Assembly (NCBI GenBank): GCA_034089285.1
Contig: JAXDUM010000076.1
Span: 27,996-91,995, forward strand
Direction: 5' to 3'
Length of the DNA: 64,000 bases
Source: Candidatus Cryptobacteroides sp.
GTDB lineage: Bacteria > Bacteroidota > Bacteroidia > Bacteroidales > UBA932
Part shown: positions 40,006 to 49,131 of the stretch, piece after piece
How positions within the stretch are numbered: the stretch's first letter is position 1
How the letters are laid out: each line of letters starts with the position of its first letter
Position numbers and translations under genes: made by a program
The notes under the pieces: generated by a model
Seen by the model: the letters and a program-made list of their open reading frames with translations, nothing else
Databases searched by the model: none
What the model was told of the DNA's origin: nothing

Positions 40006-40014
40006 CCTTGGCAG
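40006..40014 (+). repeat. Right 9-bp direct repeat (CCTTGGCAG)
   Basis: Identical to 38751-38759. Confidence 0.7.
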
Positions 40015-40025
40015 CAGCATTCTTG

Positions 40026-40388
40026 CTATGGGAGTATCATGTCTATTTGGTTTTTGCCTGCACAGGCAAGCTGGAAATCCTTCCGCTCATGGCTTATCCA
40101 CAGCTGGACATCATAAGTGTCCAAGTGTGGAGTGTCAACAAGGAACCATATTCTTGTCCCTTTCTTAAAGGGCCCATAAATCTGGTCGTAAGTCACCCTG
40201 AACAAGAATTTTTCATCTTTTTTCCAAGGTAGAGTAACAATTGCGTCGTGTTCCTTATTCAAATCCGCCTTATCTGTCGGAATAGCAACGTAATGAACAT
40301 ACCATTCATCCGTATCATCTTTCTCGCAACTGGATACAAATGAAATCAAAGTGGCGATTAACAGTATGTAGATAATTCTATTTTTCAT
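40026..40388 (-). CDS. Small hypothetical lipoprotein (AT-rich)
   Basis: MKNRIIYILLIATLISFVSSC-EKDD: lipoprotein signal followed by an acidic export-signal-like stretch. Confidence 0.7.
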   Translation of the reverse strand: MKNRIIYILLIATLISFVSSCEKDDTDEWYVHYVAIPTDKADLNKEHDAIVTLPWKKDEKFLFRVTYDQIYGPFKKGTRIWFLVDTPHLDTYDVQLWISHERKDFQLACAGKNQIDMILP

Positions 40389-40524
40389 TTTACTTTACTT
40401 TGAGGTGCTATAATAAAATCCAAAAAGCCCATCAGAATCAAGCGATGCATTATTGGGATAATTCTTCTCCTTGGTGCAGGAGAGAGTCAGCAAGAGAGAA
40501 ATGATTAAAATAATTCTTTCTCAT
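40385..40524 (-). pseudogene. Frameshifted, truncated lipoprotein remnant
   Basis: ATG at 40524 is one base out of frame with RIILIISLLLTLSC-TKEKNYPNN...; that frame stops at a TGA overlapping the next ATG. Confidence 0.5.
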
Positions 40525-40637
40525 TTCCTACATATTTTTTAGAATATCTTGCAAAGATACACATGGAATTGTAAAAAAGAATGTATTCAATCAGCTATTA
40601 AAAATATTTACTGATTATCCTCCTGAACATATCAGTC

Positions 40638-40676
40638 TAAAAAAAAAGAAACTGACCTTTTGGGTCAGCCTCTCTT
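40638..40676 (-). terminator. Intrinsic terminator of galK
   Basis: Minus strand AGAGAGGCTGACC-CAAAA-GGTCAGTTTCTT followed by a long T run. Confidence 0.75.
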
Positions 40677-40695
40677 GTATGCAAGTCAATGCAAT

Positions 40696-41856
40696 TTAGA
40701 ATTCGATCTTGCGTGCTCCGTCGCTGATGACTACATCGTAAATCTTAGGAGCGTGTCCGAATTTCTCGGTGAATTTCTCGATGGCCGTGTTCACGAAATC
40801 ATCGTAGAGATTGTCCTTGACAAGGTTGATGGTGCAGCCACCGAAGCCGCCACCCATCACGCGTGAACCGGTAACGTCGCACTTGCGGGCGAGTTTGTTC
40901 AGGAAGTCAAGTTCCTCGCAGCTGACCTCATAAAGGCGGCTGAGTCCGAAGTGTGTCTGATACATCATCTCACCGACAGTCTCATAGTCAGACCTTTCAA
41001 GAGCATCGCAGACATCGAGCACTCTCTGAACCTCTCCGATAACATACTCCGCACGGAGGAAATCCTCCTCAGGAACAAGTTCGCGGACCTCTTCGAGCCA
41101 AACCCTCTTGGCATCGCTGAGGAACTCCACGTCAGGATGGTTCTTCTTGATGGCGGTGCATACATTCTCGCAGGACTGGCGTCTCTGGTTGTATGCTGAA
41201 GAGGCAAGTTCGTGCTTCACGCAGGAGTCAACGAGAACGAGCTTGTATCCGGCAGCCTCCGGGTCGAATGGGAAGTACTTGTACTCCAATGTCTTGCAGT
41301 TCAAGCGAATGAGGCTTCCCTTCTTTCCGAACACGGATGCGAACTGGTCCATGATGCCGCAGTTCACACCGCAGTAGTTATGCTCGGTGGACTGTCCGAT
41401 CTTGGCAAGTTCGAACTTGTCGGTCATATTGTTGAAGAGATAGTTCAGAGCATATGCGAATGTGCTCTCAAGGGCTGCAGATGAAGAAAGTCCCGCTCCG
41501 AGAGGAACGTCTCCCGCGAATACGGTATCGAATCCTTCAACCTTTCCGCCACGCTTGATGGTCTCGCGGCAAACGCCGAAGATATAGCGTGCCCAGCTCT
41601 GCTGAGGCTTGTCCTCCTCATTGAGGCCGAACTCTACATACTCATCATAATCGAGGGAATATGCGTGAACCTTGTCTGTTCCGTTGAGCTTGATTTCAAT
41701 GACGATGCCCTTGTTGATGGCGCCCGGGAATACATAACCTCCATTGTAGTCAGTGTGCTCGCCGATGAGGTTGATTCGTCCGGCCGATGCGAACATATCG
41801 CCGTCAGTACCATAGAGGAGTTTGAATTTCTCCTGAATTCTGGATTTCATTTCCAT
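40696..41856 (-). CDS. galK: Galactokinase
   Basis: GRINLIGEHTDYNGG, PLGAGLSSSAA, CGIMDQFAS and GSRVMGGGFGGC motifs. Confidence 0.97.
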   Translation of the reverse strand: MEMKSRIQEKFKLLYGTDGDMFASAGRINLIGEHTDYNGGYVFPGAINKGIVIEIKLNGTDKVHAYSLDYDEYVEFGLNEEDKPQQSWARYIFGVCRETIKRGGKVEGFDTVFAGDVPLGAGLSSSAALESTFAYALNYLFNNMTDKFELAKIGQSTEHNYCGVNCGIMDQFASVFGKKGSLIRLNCKTLEYKYFPFDPEAAGYKLVLVDSCVKHELASSAYNQRRQSCENVCTAIKKNHPDVEFLSDAKRVWLEEVRELVPEEDFLRAEYVIGEVQRVLDVCDALERSDYETVGEMMYQTHFGLSRLYEVSCEELDFLNKLARKCDVTGSRVMGGGFGGCTINLVKDNLYDDFVNTAIEKFTEKFGHAPKIYDVVISDGARKIEF

Positions 41857-41968
41857 AACAGTATGTGGTTTAATTGATTTATTTTCATTCCATACGGCAC
41901 GGCAGAATTTCACCTTGCCGTTATCCTGACAAAGTTAAGAAAGTGTATCGAAAATTCAAATAGCGGAA

Positions 41969-42430
41969 CTATCTCTCGTCAGGCGCATACTTGAATGGGT
42001 CCAGAGGAGACTGATACTCGAAATAATCCTCCGGCTTGAAGAAACGGTCGAGTTCGATGGCGGCATTTTCTATGGAATCCGAGGTATGTACCACATTCTC
42101 CTGTGCGCTCAATGAATAATCTCCCCTTATGGTTCCCGGAACTGCCTTGCTAGCCTTTGTAGCCCCAGCCATCGACCTTACCACCTGCACCGCATCATAT
42201 CCCTCCCAGCAGCAGAGAATGACAGGAGCGGCCTTCATTCCGTCTCTGAGCCACGGGAAGAACGGTCTGTCAAGGAGATGCGCATAGTGAACGGCGAGAA
42301 TATCATCGTCCAGCTGAGCCATTTTCATTGCAACAAGTTTAAGTCCCCTTTTTTCGAATCTGGAGATGATTTCACCGACGATACCTCTCTGGAGGGCGCC
42401 TGGTTTGATGATTACTAGTGTTCTTTCCAT
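41969..42430 (-). CDS. ndk: Nucleoside diphosphate kinase
   Basis: ERTLVIIKP, GEIISRFE, PGTIRGDY and NVVHTSDS motifs. Confidence 0.96.
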   Translation of the reverse strand: MERTLVIIKPGALQRGIVGEIISRFEKRGLKLVAMKMAQLDDDILAVHYAHLLDRPFFPWLRDGMKAAPVILCCWEGYDAVQVVRSMAGATKASKAVPGTIRGDYSLSAQENVVHTSDSIENAAIELDRFFKPEDYFEYQSPLDPFKYAPDER

Positions 42431-42527
42431 AATCAAAAGTTATCGGAATATGTGGTATTATACTGATATGCGGGATTTGTGCCGCATTGGCATAAAGGTA
42501 GTGAATTAATTTCAATTTTCCTTGTTT

Positions 42528-43547
42528 TCAATCCATCATGAGCACAATCGGGCAATGGTCGCTCACTCCTCCGAGATATCTCGGACCGGAATATGTGCGG
42601 AGAGGCTTGTATCCAGGGTATACATTGTCCCAGACCATCAGAAAGGGCATTTCGGCGATTTCCATTTCGCCGGATACTCCTGCTGAGGTCCAGAACATAT
42701 CTATCATGTCCCATTTTCCGTTGAATCTGATGGTCCCCCTGCCTTCCTTTTCAAAAGAATCCGCAAGACAGGTCAATGAGGTCCGCAATGTGTCGAATGC
42801 TGGTGATGAAGGGACATCATTGAAATCCCCCATCGCCACTACATCCGCCACCTTTCTGGAAATGACAGAGTCGCAGAGTGATTTCAAGGCAATGGCGGCC
42901 GCCTCCCTCCGCGACCCGGTCTCCCCTCCTCCGTATTTCGACGGAAAGTGGTTAACTATGAATACTCTGCGCTGACCATTGCGCAGATCTTCCAAGTCAG
43001 CGAAAAGAATGTCCCTGGTAGCCATCGAATCAAGTCTGCGGATTCCGCCGTTCATCAGGCGGAGACTGTCCCGCCTGTAGATGAGGGCCACGTCTATTCC
43101 TCTGTGATCCAATGATTCCCTATGCAGGACAGAGTAGCCGTATTTTCGCAGCAATGTATTGAATACCAATCTATTGATAACTGATTTATTCTCTGTTTCC
43201 GCAAACCCGGCCACGTCCGGCATCCTTCCGTACCTGTCCTTCATCCAGAAAAGGGCCTTTGCCGCGAGATTGGCCTTCCTGTAGAATTTCGCGGCAGTCC
43301 AGTGCCTGAGCCCGCCGGGCGTGAACTCCCTGTCGGACTCCCCCTTCCCACCGTCTTCCCAGTCGAAGAAATTCTCCAGATTCCAGAATGCCACCAGCGT
43401 AGCCGGACCGGCTTTGGTTTCCGCATAAACTGCAGATTCTTCCGCCTCCGGCAATGTATCCCTTACCGGAAAATCAATCCCGCAAAGGACCATACACATC
43501 ATCATTGACAAAATCATATTCATCATTCTTTTTTCGCAACATAGCAT
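42528..43547 (-). CDS. Endonuclease/exonuclease/phosphatase (EEP) family protein
   Basis: FWNLENFFD, RGIDVALIY, NHFPSK, MGDFND and SDHCP motifs. Confidence 0.88.
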   Translation of the reverse strand: MLCCEKRMMNMILSMMMCMVLCGIDFPVRDTLPEAEESAVYAETKAGPATLVAFWNLENFFDWEDGGKGESDREFTPGGLRHWTAAKFYRKANLAAKALFWMKDRYGRMPDVAGFAETENKSVINRLVFNTLLRKYGYSVLHRESLDHRGIDVALIYRRDSLRLMNGGIRRLDSMATRDILFADLEDLRNGQRRVFIVNHFPSKYGGGETGSRREAAAIALKSLCDSVISRKVADVVAMGDFNDVPSSPAFDTLRTSLTCLADSFEKEGRGTIRFNGKWDMIDMFWTSAGVSGEMEIAEMPFLMVWDNVYPGYKPLRTYSGPRYLGGVSDHCPIVLMMD

Positions 43548-43672
43548 TTCAGCTCCGTTTTCAGGCCGGTGGCAAATTTAAAATTCATATAATTGTGGCA
43601 TAAATCAGATATTTGTGGCGATTAATTCTTACCTTTGCATTCCTTTGTACGAATATTTAAAAACAAGAAAAT

Positions 43673-44773
43673 ATGTCACTTAAATGCGGTATAGTAGGAC
43701 TTCCGAACGTAGGAAAATCCACATTGTTCAACTGTGTAAGTTCAGGAAGGGCGCAGAGTGCCAATTTCCCGTTCTGCACCATTGAGCCGAATCTCGGTTC
43801 CACAAATGTACCTGACAAGAGACTTGAGGCCCTCGCAGACCTATGCAAGCCACAGCGCGTGATTCCTGCGACTGTGGACATCGTGGACATCGCCGGTCTC
43901 GTGAAGGGAGCCAGCAAGGGTGAAGGCCTTGGTAATCAATTTCTTGCAAATATCAGGGAGACCGATGCCATCCTTCACGTTCTGAGATGCTTCGACGATG
44001 GCAATATTGTACACGTGGATGGATCCGTAGATCCTGTGAGGGACAAGGAGGTAGTGGATGCCGAACTTCAGATCAAGGATCTGGAGACAGTGGAAAACCG
44101 TCTTGCAAAGGCTTCCAAGCAGGCCAAGACCGGTGGTGACAAGGATGCAAAGAAACTGGTGGACCTGCTGGAAAGATACAGGGAGGCCCTCCTCGCCGGA
44201 AAATCCTGCCGTACGGTGGAACTCTCGGCAGAAGAAGAAGGTATGGCAAAGGATCTCTTCCTCCTGACCAACAAGCCGGTAATGTATATCTGCAATGTGG
44301 ATGACAAGTCGGCAGTGAACGGCAATGCCTACGTGGATGCCGTCAGGGAGGCTGTAAAGGAGGAAAATGCCGAAATTTTGATCATTTCAGCCCGCACCGA
44401 GGCGGAAATAGCCGAAATGGACAGCTACGAGGACAGGCAGATGTTCCTGGACGAGATGGGCCTGACGGAGTCCGGCTCCGCCCGCCTTATTCAGGGAGCC
44501 TACAGGCTTCTCGGTCTCCAGACTTTCTTCACGGCCGGAGCGGATGAATGCCGCGCCTGGACAATCCACAAGGGAGACAAGGCCCCGAAGGCCGCCGGAG
44601 TCATCCACTCTGACTTCGAAAAAGGCTTTATACGGGCAGAAGTCATCAAATACGAGGACTTCATCCATTACAAGTCAGAATCGGCCGTACGGGCCGCAGG
44701 AAAGCTGAATACGGAGGGAAAGGAGTACGTAGTCGAGGACGGAGACGTAATGCATTTCCTGTTCAATGTCTAG
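43673..44773 (+). CDS. ychF: Redox-regulated ATPase YchF
   Basis: GIVGLPNVGKSTLFN, NFPFCTIEPN, DIAGLVKGASKGEGLGNQFL and GFIRAEV motifs; TACCTTTG promoter element at 43630-43637. Confidence 0.98.
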   Translation: MSLKCGIVGLPNVGKSTLFNCVSSGRAQSANFPFCTIEPNLGSTNVPDKRLEALADLCKPQRVIPATVDIVDIAGLVKGASKGEGLGNQFLANIRETDAILHVLRCFDDGNIVHVDGSVDPVRDKEVVDAELQIKDLETVENRLAKASKQAKTGGDKDAKKLVDLLERYREALLAGKSCRTVELSAEEEGMAKDLFLLTNKPVMYICNVDDKSAVNGNAYVDAVREAVKEENAEILIISARTEAEIAEMDSYEDRQMFLDEMGLTESGSARLIQGAYRLLGLQTFFTAGADECRAWTIHKGDKAPKAAGVIHSDFEKGFIRAEVIKYEDFIHYKSESAVRAAGKLNTEGKEYVVEDGDVMHFLFNV

Positions 44774-44911
44774 ATAACCTCAACAATAAACTCTTCAGCA
44801 CAGCATATCCCGTTTTTCCGGACCAGTCCCTCCCAAACAGCGTTTGGGCCCCTCTTTCACGGAGCAACGGGAGGCTACGCCGTCCGGAGCCAACCTACTA
44901 TATTAACATAT

Positions 44912-44940
44912 AAAAAAGCGGATGACAAAAGCCATCCGCA
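44912..44940 (-). terminator. Intrinsic terminator of ppiD
   Basis: GCGGATG...CATCCGC hairpin with an A6 run on the plus strand (T6 on minus). Confidence 0.65.
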
Positions 44941-44963
44941 ATATAAAGATATGTAACTGTCCA

Positions 44964-47051
44964 TTAATAGAAGCGAGCCCTGTTGTCCTTCACATCGGCA
45001 TCGTTCATCATCACCGGAAGAATCATCTGGGACATGTAGGCATTGGCCTGGGAAGCCCTGCTCTTCGCATCATCCTCGGTGAAGAATGCACCGGTATCGT
45101 GACCGGTAACCTTGAATACATATACTCCAATGGAACCTGCAACCGGACCGCAGACCACATTCTCCGGAGCCACAACGGCTGCACCGATGAACTTAGGATC
45201 GAGACCCTGGGAGTTCAGAGAAGAGAACGCTACTCCGGACTGAGTGCTTACAGTAGTACCGAGCTTTTCAGCAATAGCCTGAAGATCAGTCATTCCCTCA
45301 ATCTTGGCAGCAACGTCGGCAGCCTTCTTCTCAGCAAGCTTCTCATAGTAGAGATTATCCTTTATCATAGGAGCAACCTCGCTGAGTTTTGCATATCCTT
45401 CCTTGTGGATGGCCTTTACGGTAGCCACGAAGTAATAGTTGTTGTCAACAGTGATGATGCCGGAAACCTTGCCTGCCTTGTTCTCGAAAGCCCAGCGGCT
45501 TACTTCCTTGGCATTGTCGATGGAACCGAACCTGTCAGTACCCTCTGCAAGACCGTTTACAGGATGAGAATAGAGACCGAGAGTATCCACTGCATTCTTG
45601 TAGGCCTCGTAGCCTGAAGAAGCGATGGTAGCGAACTGATTGGCCTTAGCATACATTGCAGCGTAGGTCTCCTTGCTTGGAACGGACTCCTTGAGGAGGA
45701 CAGCAACCTGCTTCTTGAGAGAAGGCTTTGTAGTCTTGGAGACAAGGACTACATGGGTGCCATACTGAGTCTTGAGAACGAAAGGAACACCCGTCTTTGC
45801 AGTCATCACGGACTCGAAACCTGGAATCATGTAGGTCTGGGTCATCCAGCCTATGTTTCCGAGCTCGCCGTCAGCGGCGGAATTCTTGTCCTCTGAATAG
45901 AGGGCTGCAAGATTGGAGAAACCTTCTTTTCCGGCCACCTTTGCGAGGCTGTCTGCCTTGGAAACGGCGTCACCGGTGAGGAGAATATGCTTTACATATA
46001 CTGAGTCAGGCATTTCCCTTGAATCAAGAACCCTGGCGACATAGAACTTGTCACCATTGCTTATGATGTCTGAAACCTCTGCATTGCCGCTCCATACGAA
46101 AGCGTCAACATCAGCAGAGACAGTCTTGAGCTCGCCTTCCTTGTAGTAGCGGGCATCGAAAGCCCTGTCGGAATTCCTTCCGAGGAAAGACTTCATGTTG
46201 TCGGTAGCAGCGAATTCGTCGTAGATGTCGGCAACCTTGGCCCTTGTGGCATTGACATCCTTCTCGGATGGCTTCACCTCAAACACTACATACTCCATGT
46301 CGCGGCTTGCGTTCTGCTTGTAGAACTTCTTGTGAGACTTGTAGAAAGCCTTCACCTCGCTGTCTGAAACTACCACTGATGAATCCCTCTGATATCCGTG
46401 AGGAACCATCACGAACTCTACATCCACGGTATTGTTGTTCTCGGCGATGGTCTTGTCGAGCATCAGCGGAGATACGGTATTGCTCTGGGTGAAGAGAGAG
46501 CTGTACTTGGAGAAGAGCTGCTGGTTGTAGATAGAACTCTGGAGATAGTTCCAGTAAAGTCTGAGATTGCCGCTCTGGTCGGAATCAAGATTCTTCACGA
46601 ACTGGACGAGATTCGACTTGGAGAAATTTCCAGTCTCGTCCATGAACGCAGGATTCTGGGCAACGAGAGGAGAAAGCATGTCGCCCTGTGTGAGATCCAG
46701 CATCTCGGACTCCCCTACCTCGAGACCTGCTTCACGGGCCTTTTCAATAAAGAGATACTTGTAGATGAGATCCTGCCATGCGGCATTTCTGATCTGGACC
46801 TGCTGCTCGCTGCTCTGGACAGAAGAGCCGGTCATAAGTTCATTGATAGTGGTGAACTTCTGCACATCCTCCTGGAAGTTGTTGTAAGACACGGACTTGC
46901 CGTTGATTTCCCCAACATCGTATTTGGATGACATTCCCTGGAAAGCAGAAATAACCTCGTTAGGATCGATAATGAATGAAAGCAGGCCCAAGGCGATGAT
47001 GATTGACACCGCCATGCCGAACTTTACGCGCAACTTTTCAAGAACCGCCAT
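44964..47051 (-). CDS. ppiD: PpiD-like periplasmic chaperone (SurA N-terminal domain plus parvulin domain)
   Basis: MAVLEKLR plus N-terminal TM; VGEINGKSVSY; VKHILL...YSED..SA..GELG..GW parvulin motif; C-terminal DNRARFY. Confidence 0.85.
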   Translation of the reverse strand: MAVLEKLRVKFGMAVSIIIALGLLSFIIDPNEVISAFQGMSSKYDVGEINGKSVSYNNFQEDVQKFTTINELMTGSSVQSSEQQVQIRNAAWQDLIYKYLFIEKAREAGLEVGESEMLDLTQGDMLSPLVAQNPAFMDETGNFSKSNLVQFVKNLDSDQSGNLRLYWNYLQSSIYNQQLFSKYSSLFTQSNTVSPLMLDKTIAENNNTVDVEFVMVPHGYQRDSSVVVSDSEVKAFYKSHKKFYKQNASRDMEYVVFEVKPSEKDVNATRAKVADIYDEFAATDNMKSFLGRNSDRAFDARYYKEGELKTVSADVDAFVWSGNAEVSDIISNGDKFYVARVLDSREMPDSVYVKHILLTGDAVSKADSLAKVAGKEGFSNLAALYSEDKNSAADGELGNIGWMTQTYMIPGFESVMTAKTGVPFVLKTQYGTHVVLVSKTTKPSLKKQVAVLLKESVPSKETYAAMYAKANQFATIASSGYEAYKNAVDTLGLYSHPVNGLAEGTDRFGSIDNAKEVSRWAFENKAGKVSGIITVDNNYYFVATVKAIHKEGYAKLSEVAPMIKDNLYYEKLAEKKAADVAAKIEGMTDLQAIAEKLGTTVSTQSGVAFSSLNSQGLDPKFIGAAVVAPENVVCGPVAGSIGVYVFKVTGHDTGAFFTEDDAKSRASQANAYMSQMILPVMMNDADVKDNRARFY

Positions 47052-47130
47052 TTTATTATTGGTTTTTTAATTATTATTTTCAAAAAATCATTTAAGGTCA
47101 CGAAGATAGTAATTTTCCATCAATTTATAA

Positions 47131-47760
47131 TCATTTTTCTAACAACGGCCCTATAAAATTGACCGAATCAATGATTACCTCCGTACTGTCCTTCACGACC
47201 ACGCCGAAATTGTTGAAAGGATTGAGTACTATCGCATTCCTCGCCCTCTCGTCCGACCTCATGCCGTAGCCCTGGATGAGTCCGTCCGGAGAATACATCC
47301 TGACATAGCAGTCAGTGTATATTTCCTTCTTGCTCTGATCCCAGTAGATGGTGTCGCTCTCCATAGTCTGGTTGTTGACCAGATTCTTGACCACTACATT
47401 GCCGTACGCCTTCCATATTTCCTCCCGGCTGCCCTTGTATGTGTAATGGCTCGCCTCATCCGAAACTATGGTGGATTCAAGGACCTCGTCGTCGGTGTAT
47501 GCATATACGTTCATTCCCGACGGAAAAAGGTCATAGGCGACAGAATCGTTCTCGAAATGCTGCATCACGGCAGTCACCACCCTCATCTCAATCTTACCGT
47601 TCTTAGTCTGTATCAGATACATGCTGTCCACGGTCTGGAGCGGCGTGGAGGACAGGTCGAGCTTTTCCGCCCTGGAAAGATGGTCGGAACACGAATAAAG
47701 GACAAAAGCAACCGCCGACGCGGTTGCAATTATCCTTAGAATATTTGTAACTGTATTCAA
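47131..47760 (-). CDS. lptC: LPS export ABC transporter periplasmic protein LptC
   Basis: WKAYGNVVV, DTIYWDQSKKEIYTD..V and GYGM.SD pattern; conserved Bacteroidota context; TTG start. Confidence 0.8.
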   Translation of the reverse strand: MNTVTNILRIIATASAVAFVLYSCSDHLSRAEKLDLSSTPLQTVDSMYLIQTKNGKIEMRVVTAVMQHFENDSVAYDLFPSGMNVYAYTDDEVLESTIVSDEASHYTYKGSREEIWKAYGNVVVKNLVNNQTMESDTIYWDQSKKEIYTDCYVRMYSPDGLIQGYGMRSDERARNAIVLNPFNNFGVVVKDSTEVIIDSVNFIGPLLEK

Positions 47761-47768
47761 ACAGCCGG

Positions 47769-49097
47769 CTATTTCTGAGTTCTGACTGTGGTGACAGCCC
47801 TCATGCCTCCGCAGGAAACGGTATATGACTGTCCGTCAGTGTAGTTGTACATGAATGCCTCTGCTGTCTGAGGGAAGTAGATCCTGTACTGGGAAATCAT
47901 CCTGTTGCAGTCTTCGGTAAGGGATTCGTCAGCAGCCTTGGCCTTGTTCATATAATCGACAGCAACCCAGTAAGGAGATCTCTTGGCGATTTCGTCTCCA
48001 CCGCAAGTAGTTGAACCCCAAACAGTTCCAATCAGATAGTAAGCTCTTCCGGCATACTCCGGGTCGAGTTCCTTTGCCTTCTCCGCAAAGCTGAGAGCCT
48101 TGGCGTTCTTTCCATTCTTCACGCAGAATGTAGCAGCCTCGAAATTGTAGTCTGCAGCAGTCTTGACATCAAGTTCAGTGGAAGCGAGGGACTCCTCAAG
48201 ATAAGACAGAGCAGCATCGACATTGCCTCTGGAAGCATTGAGCTTGTAGAGGAAATATGCTGACTGGCTTGAAGGATCAAGTTTGTGGAGAGATGTGGCA
48301 GCATTGAGATAGAGATCGTTGTCGGTGCAGTCATCGGCTGCGCTCATCATCTTCACGATATTGGAAACCAGGGCGATATCATCGCTGGCTGCAGCATATC
48401 TAGGTCCATAGACCTCGATGATCTTCTCGCAGCTTGCAACCTTGCTGGCAACGAAGAGGCTCTCCATGTCATCCTTGATTTTCTCAAGTTCCTCCTTGGC
48501 ATTGGCATCGGCCGGAACGGCAGCCTCGAGAAGGGCCATGTTGTTCTGGTAGATATTGATGATGTCATCAGCCTGAAGCTCGGAATTCTGATAGAGCTGC
48601 ACGGCAGCATTGAGGTCAATGAGAAGGATTGAAGGCCTTGTCTGCTCCTTGTTCTCATTGATCACCTCGGTAAGACCGGCGTGAAGCTGTGCAGGAGTGC
48701 TCTTGTAATAGTTGGCCATGTCGAGGGCCATGTTGTTGAGAGCTGTAACCTTGTATTTGCCGTAATACTGAGCACGAACCTTGTGGAGATTGATAAGGGT
48801 ATCCACCAATGCGTTGCGGTACTCGGCATTGGAGGCATTCTTGGAAATGACCCTTCTGATCAGAGTGGTTCCGTCAATGAGCATGGTCTGGTTGGCGGTA
48901 GGAGGGCAAAGCTTGTAAGCCTTTCTCCAGTTAGGGAGAGCGGCGTCATAGTTCTTGCTCTTGAAATACTCTTTGTAGTAAGAGAGATACTTGATGCACT
49001 CGGCACTGTCTGCGCCGTATTTTCCCTGAGCGAAGACATTGTTTCCTCCGAACATCAAAACAACCGCTGTTACCGCGATAAATGCAATTCTTCTCAT
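47769..49097 (-). CDS. Exported tetratricopeptide-repeat protein
   Basis: Signal peptide; helical repeats; YWVAVD..NKAK..D and C-terminal TTVR; conserved position between the OMP and lptC. Confidence 0.8.
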   Translation of the reverse strand: MRRIAFIAVTAVVLMFGGNNVFAQGKYGADSAECIKYLSYYKEYFKSKNYDAALPNWRKAYKLCPPTANQTMLIDGTTLIRRVISKNASNAEYRNALVDTLINLHKVRAQYYGKYKVTALNNMALDMANYYKSTPAQLHAGLTEVINENKEQTRPSILLIDLNAAVQLYQNSELQADDIINIYQNNMALLEAAVPADANAKEELEKIKDDMESLFVASKVASCEKIIEVYGPRYAAASDDIALVSNIVKMMSAADDCTDNDLYLNAATSLHKLDPSSQSAYFLYKLNASRGNVDAALSYLEESLASTELDVKTAADYNFEAATFCVKNGKNAKALSFAEKAKELDPEYAGRAYYLIGTVWGSTTCGGDEIAKRSPYWVAVDYMNKAKAADESLTEDCNRMISQYRIYFPQTAEAFMYNYTDGQSYTVSCGGMRAVTTVRTQK

Positions 49098-49131
49098 GAT
49101 ATCATAAAGTTTAATTATTCATAGATAAGTA

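Noticed and set aside
47052-47130. Absence of the hemolysin/CorC-family gene often found between lptC and ppiD in Bacteroidota
   Set aside because: This rests on recalled synteny only and is likely an ordinary rearrangement; no remnant is visible.
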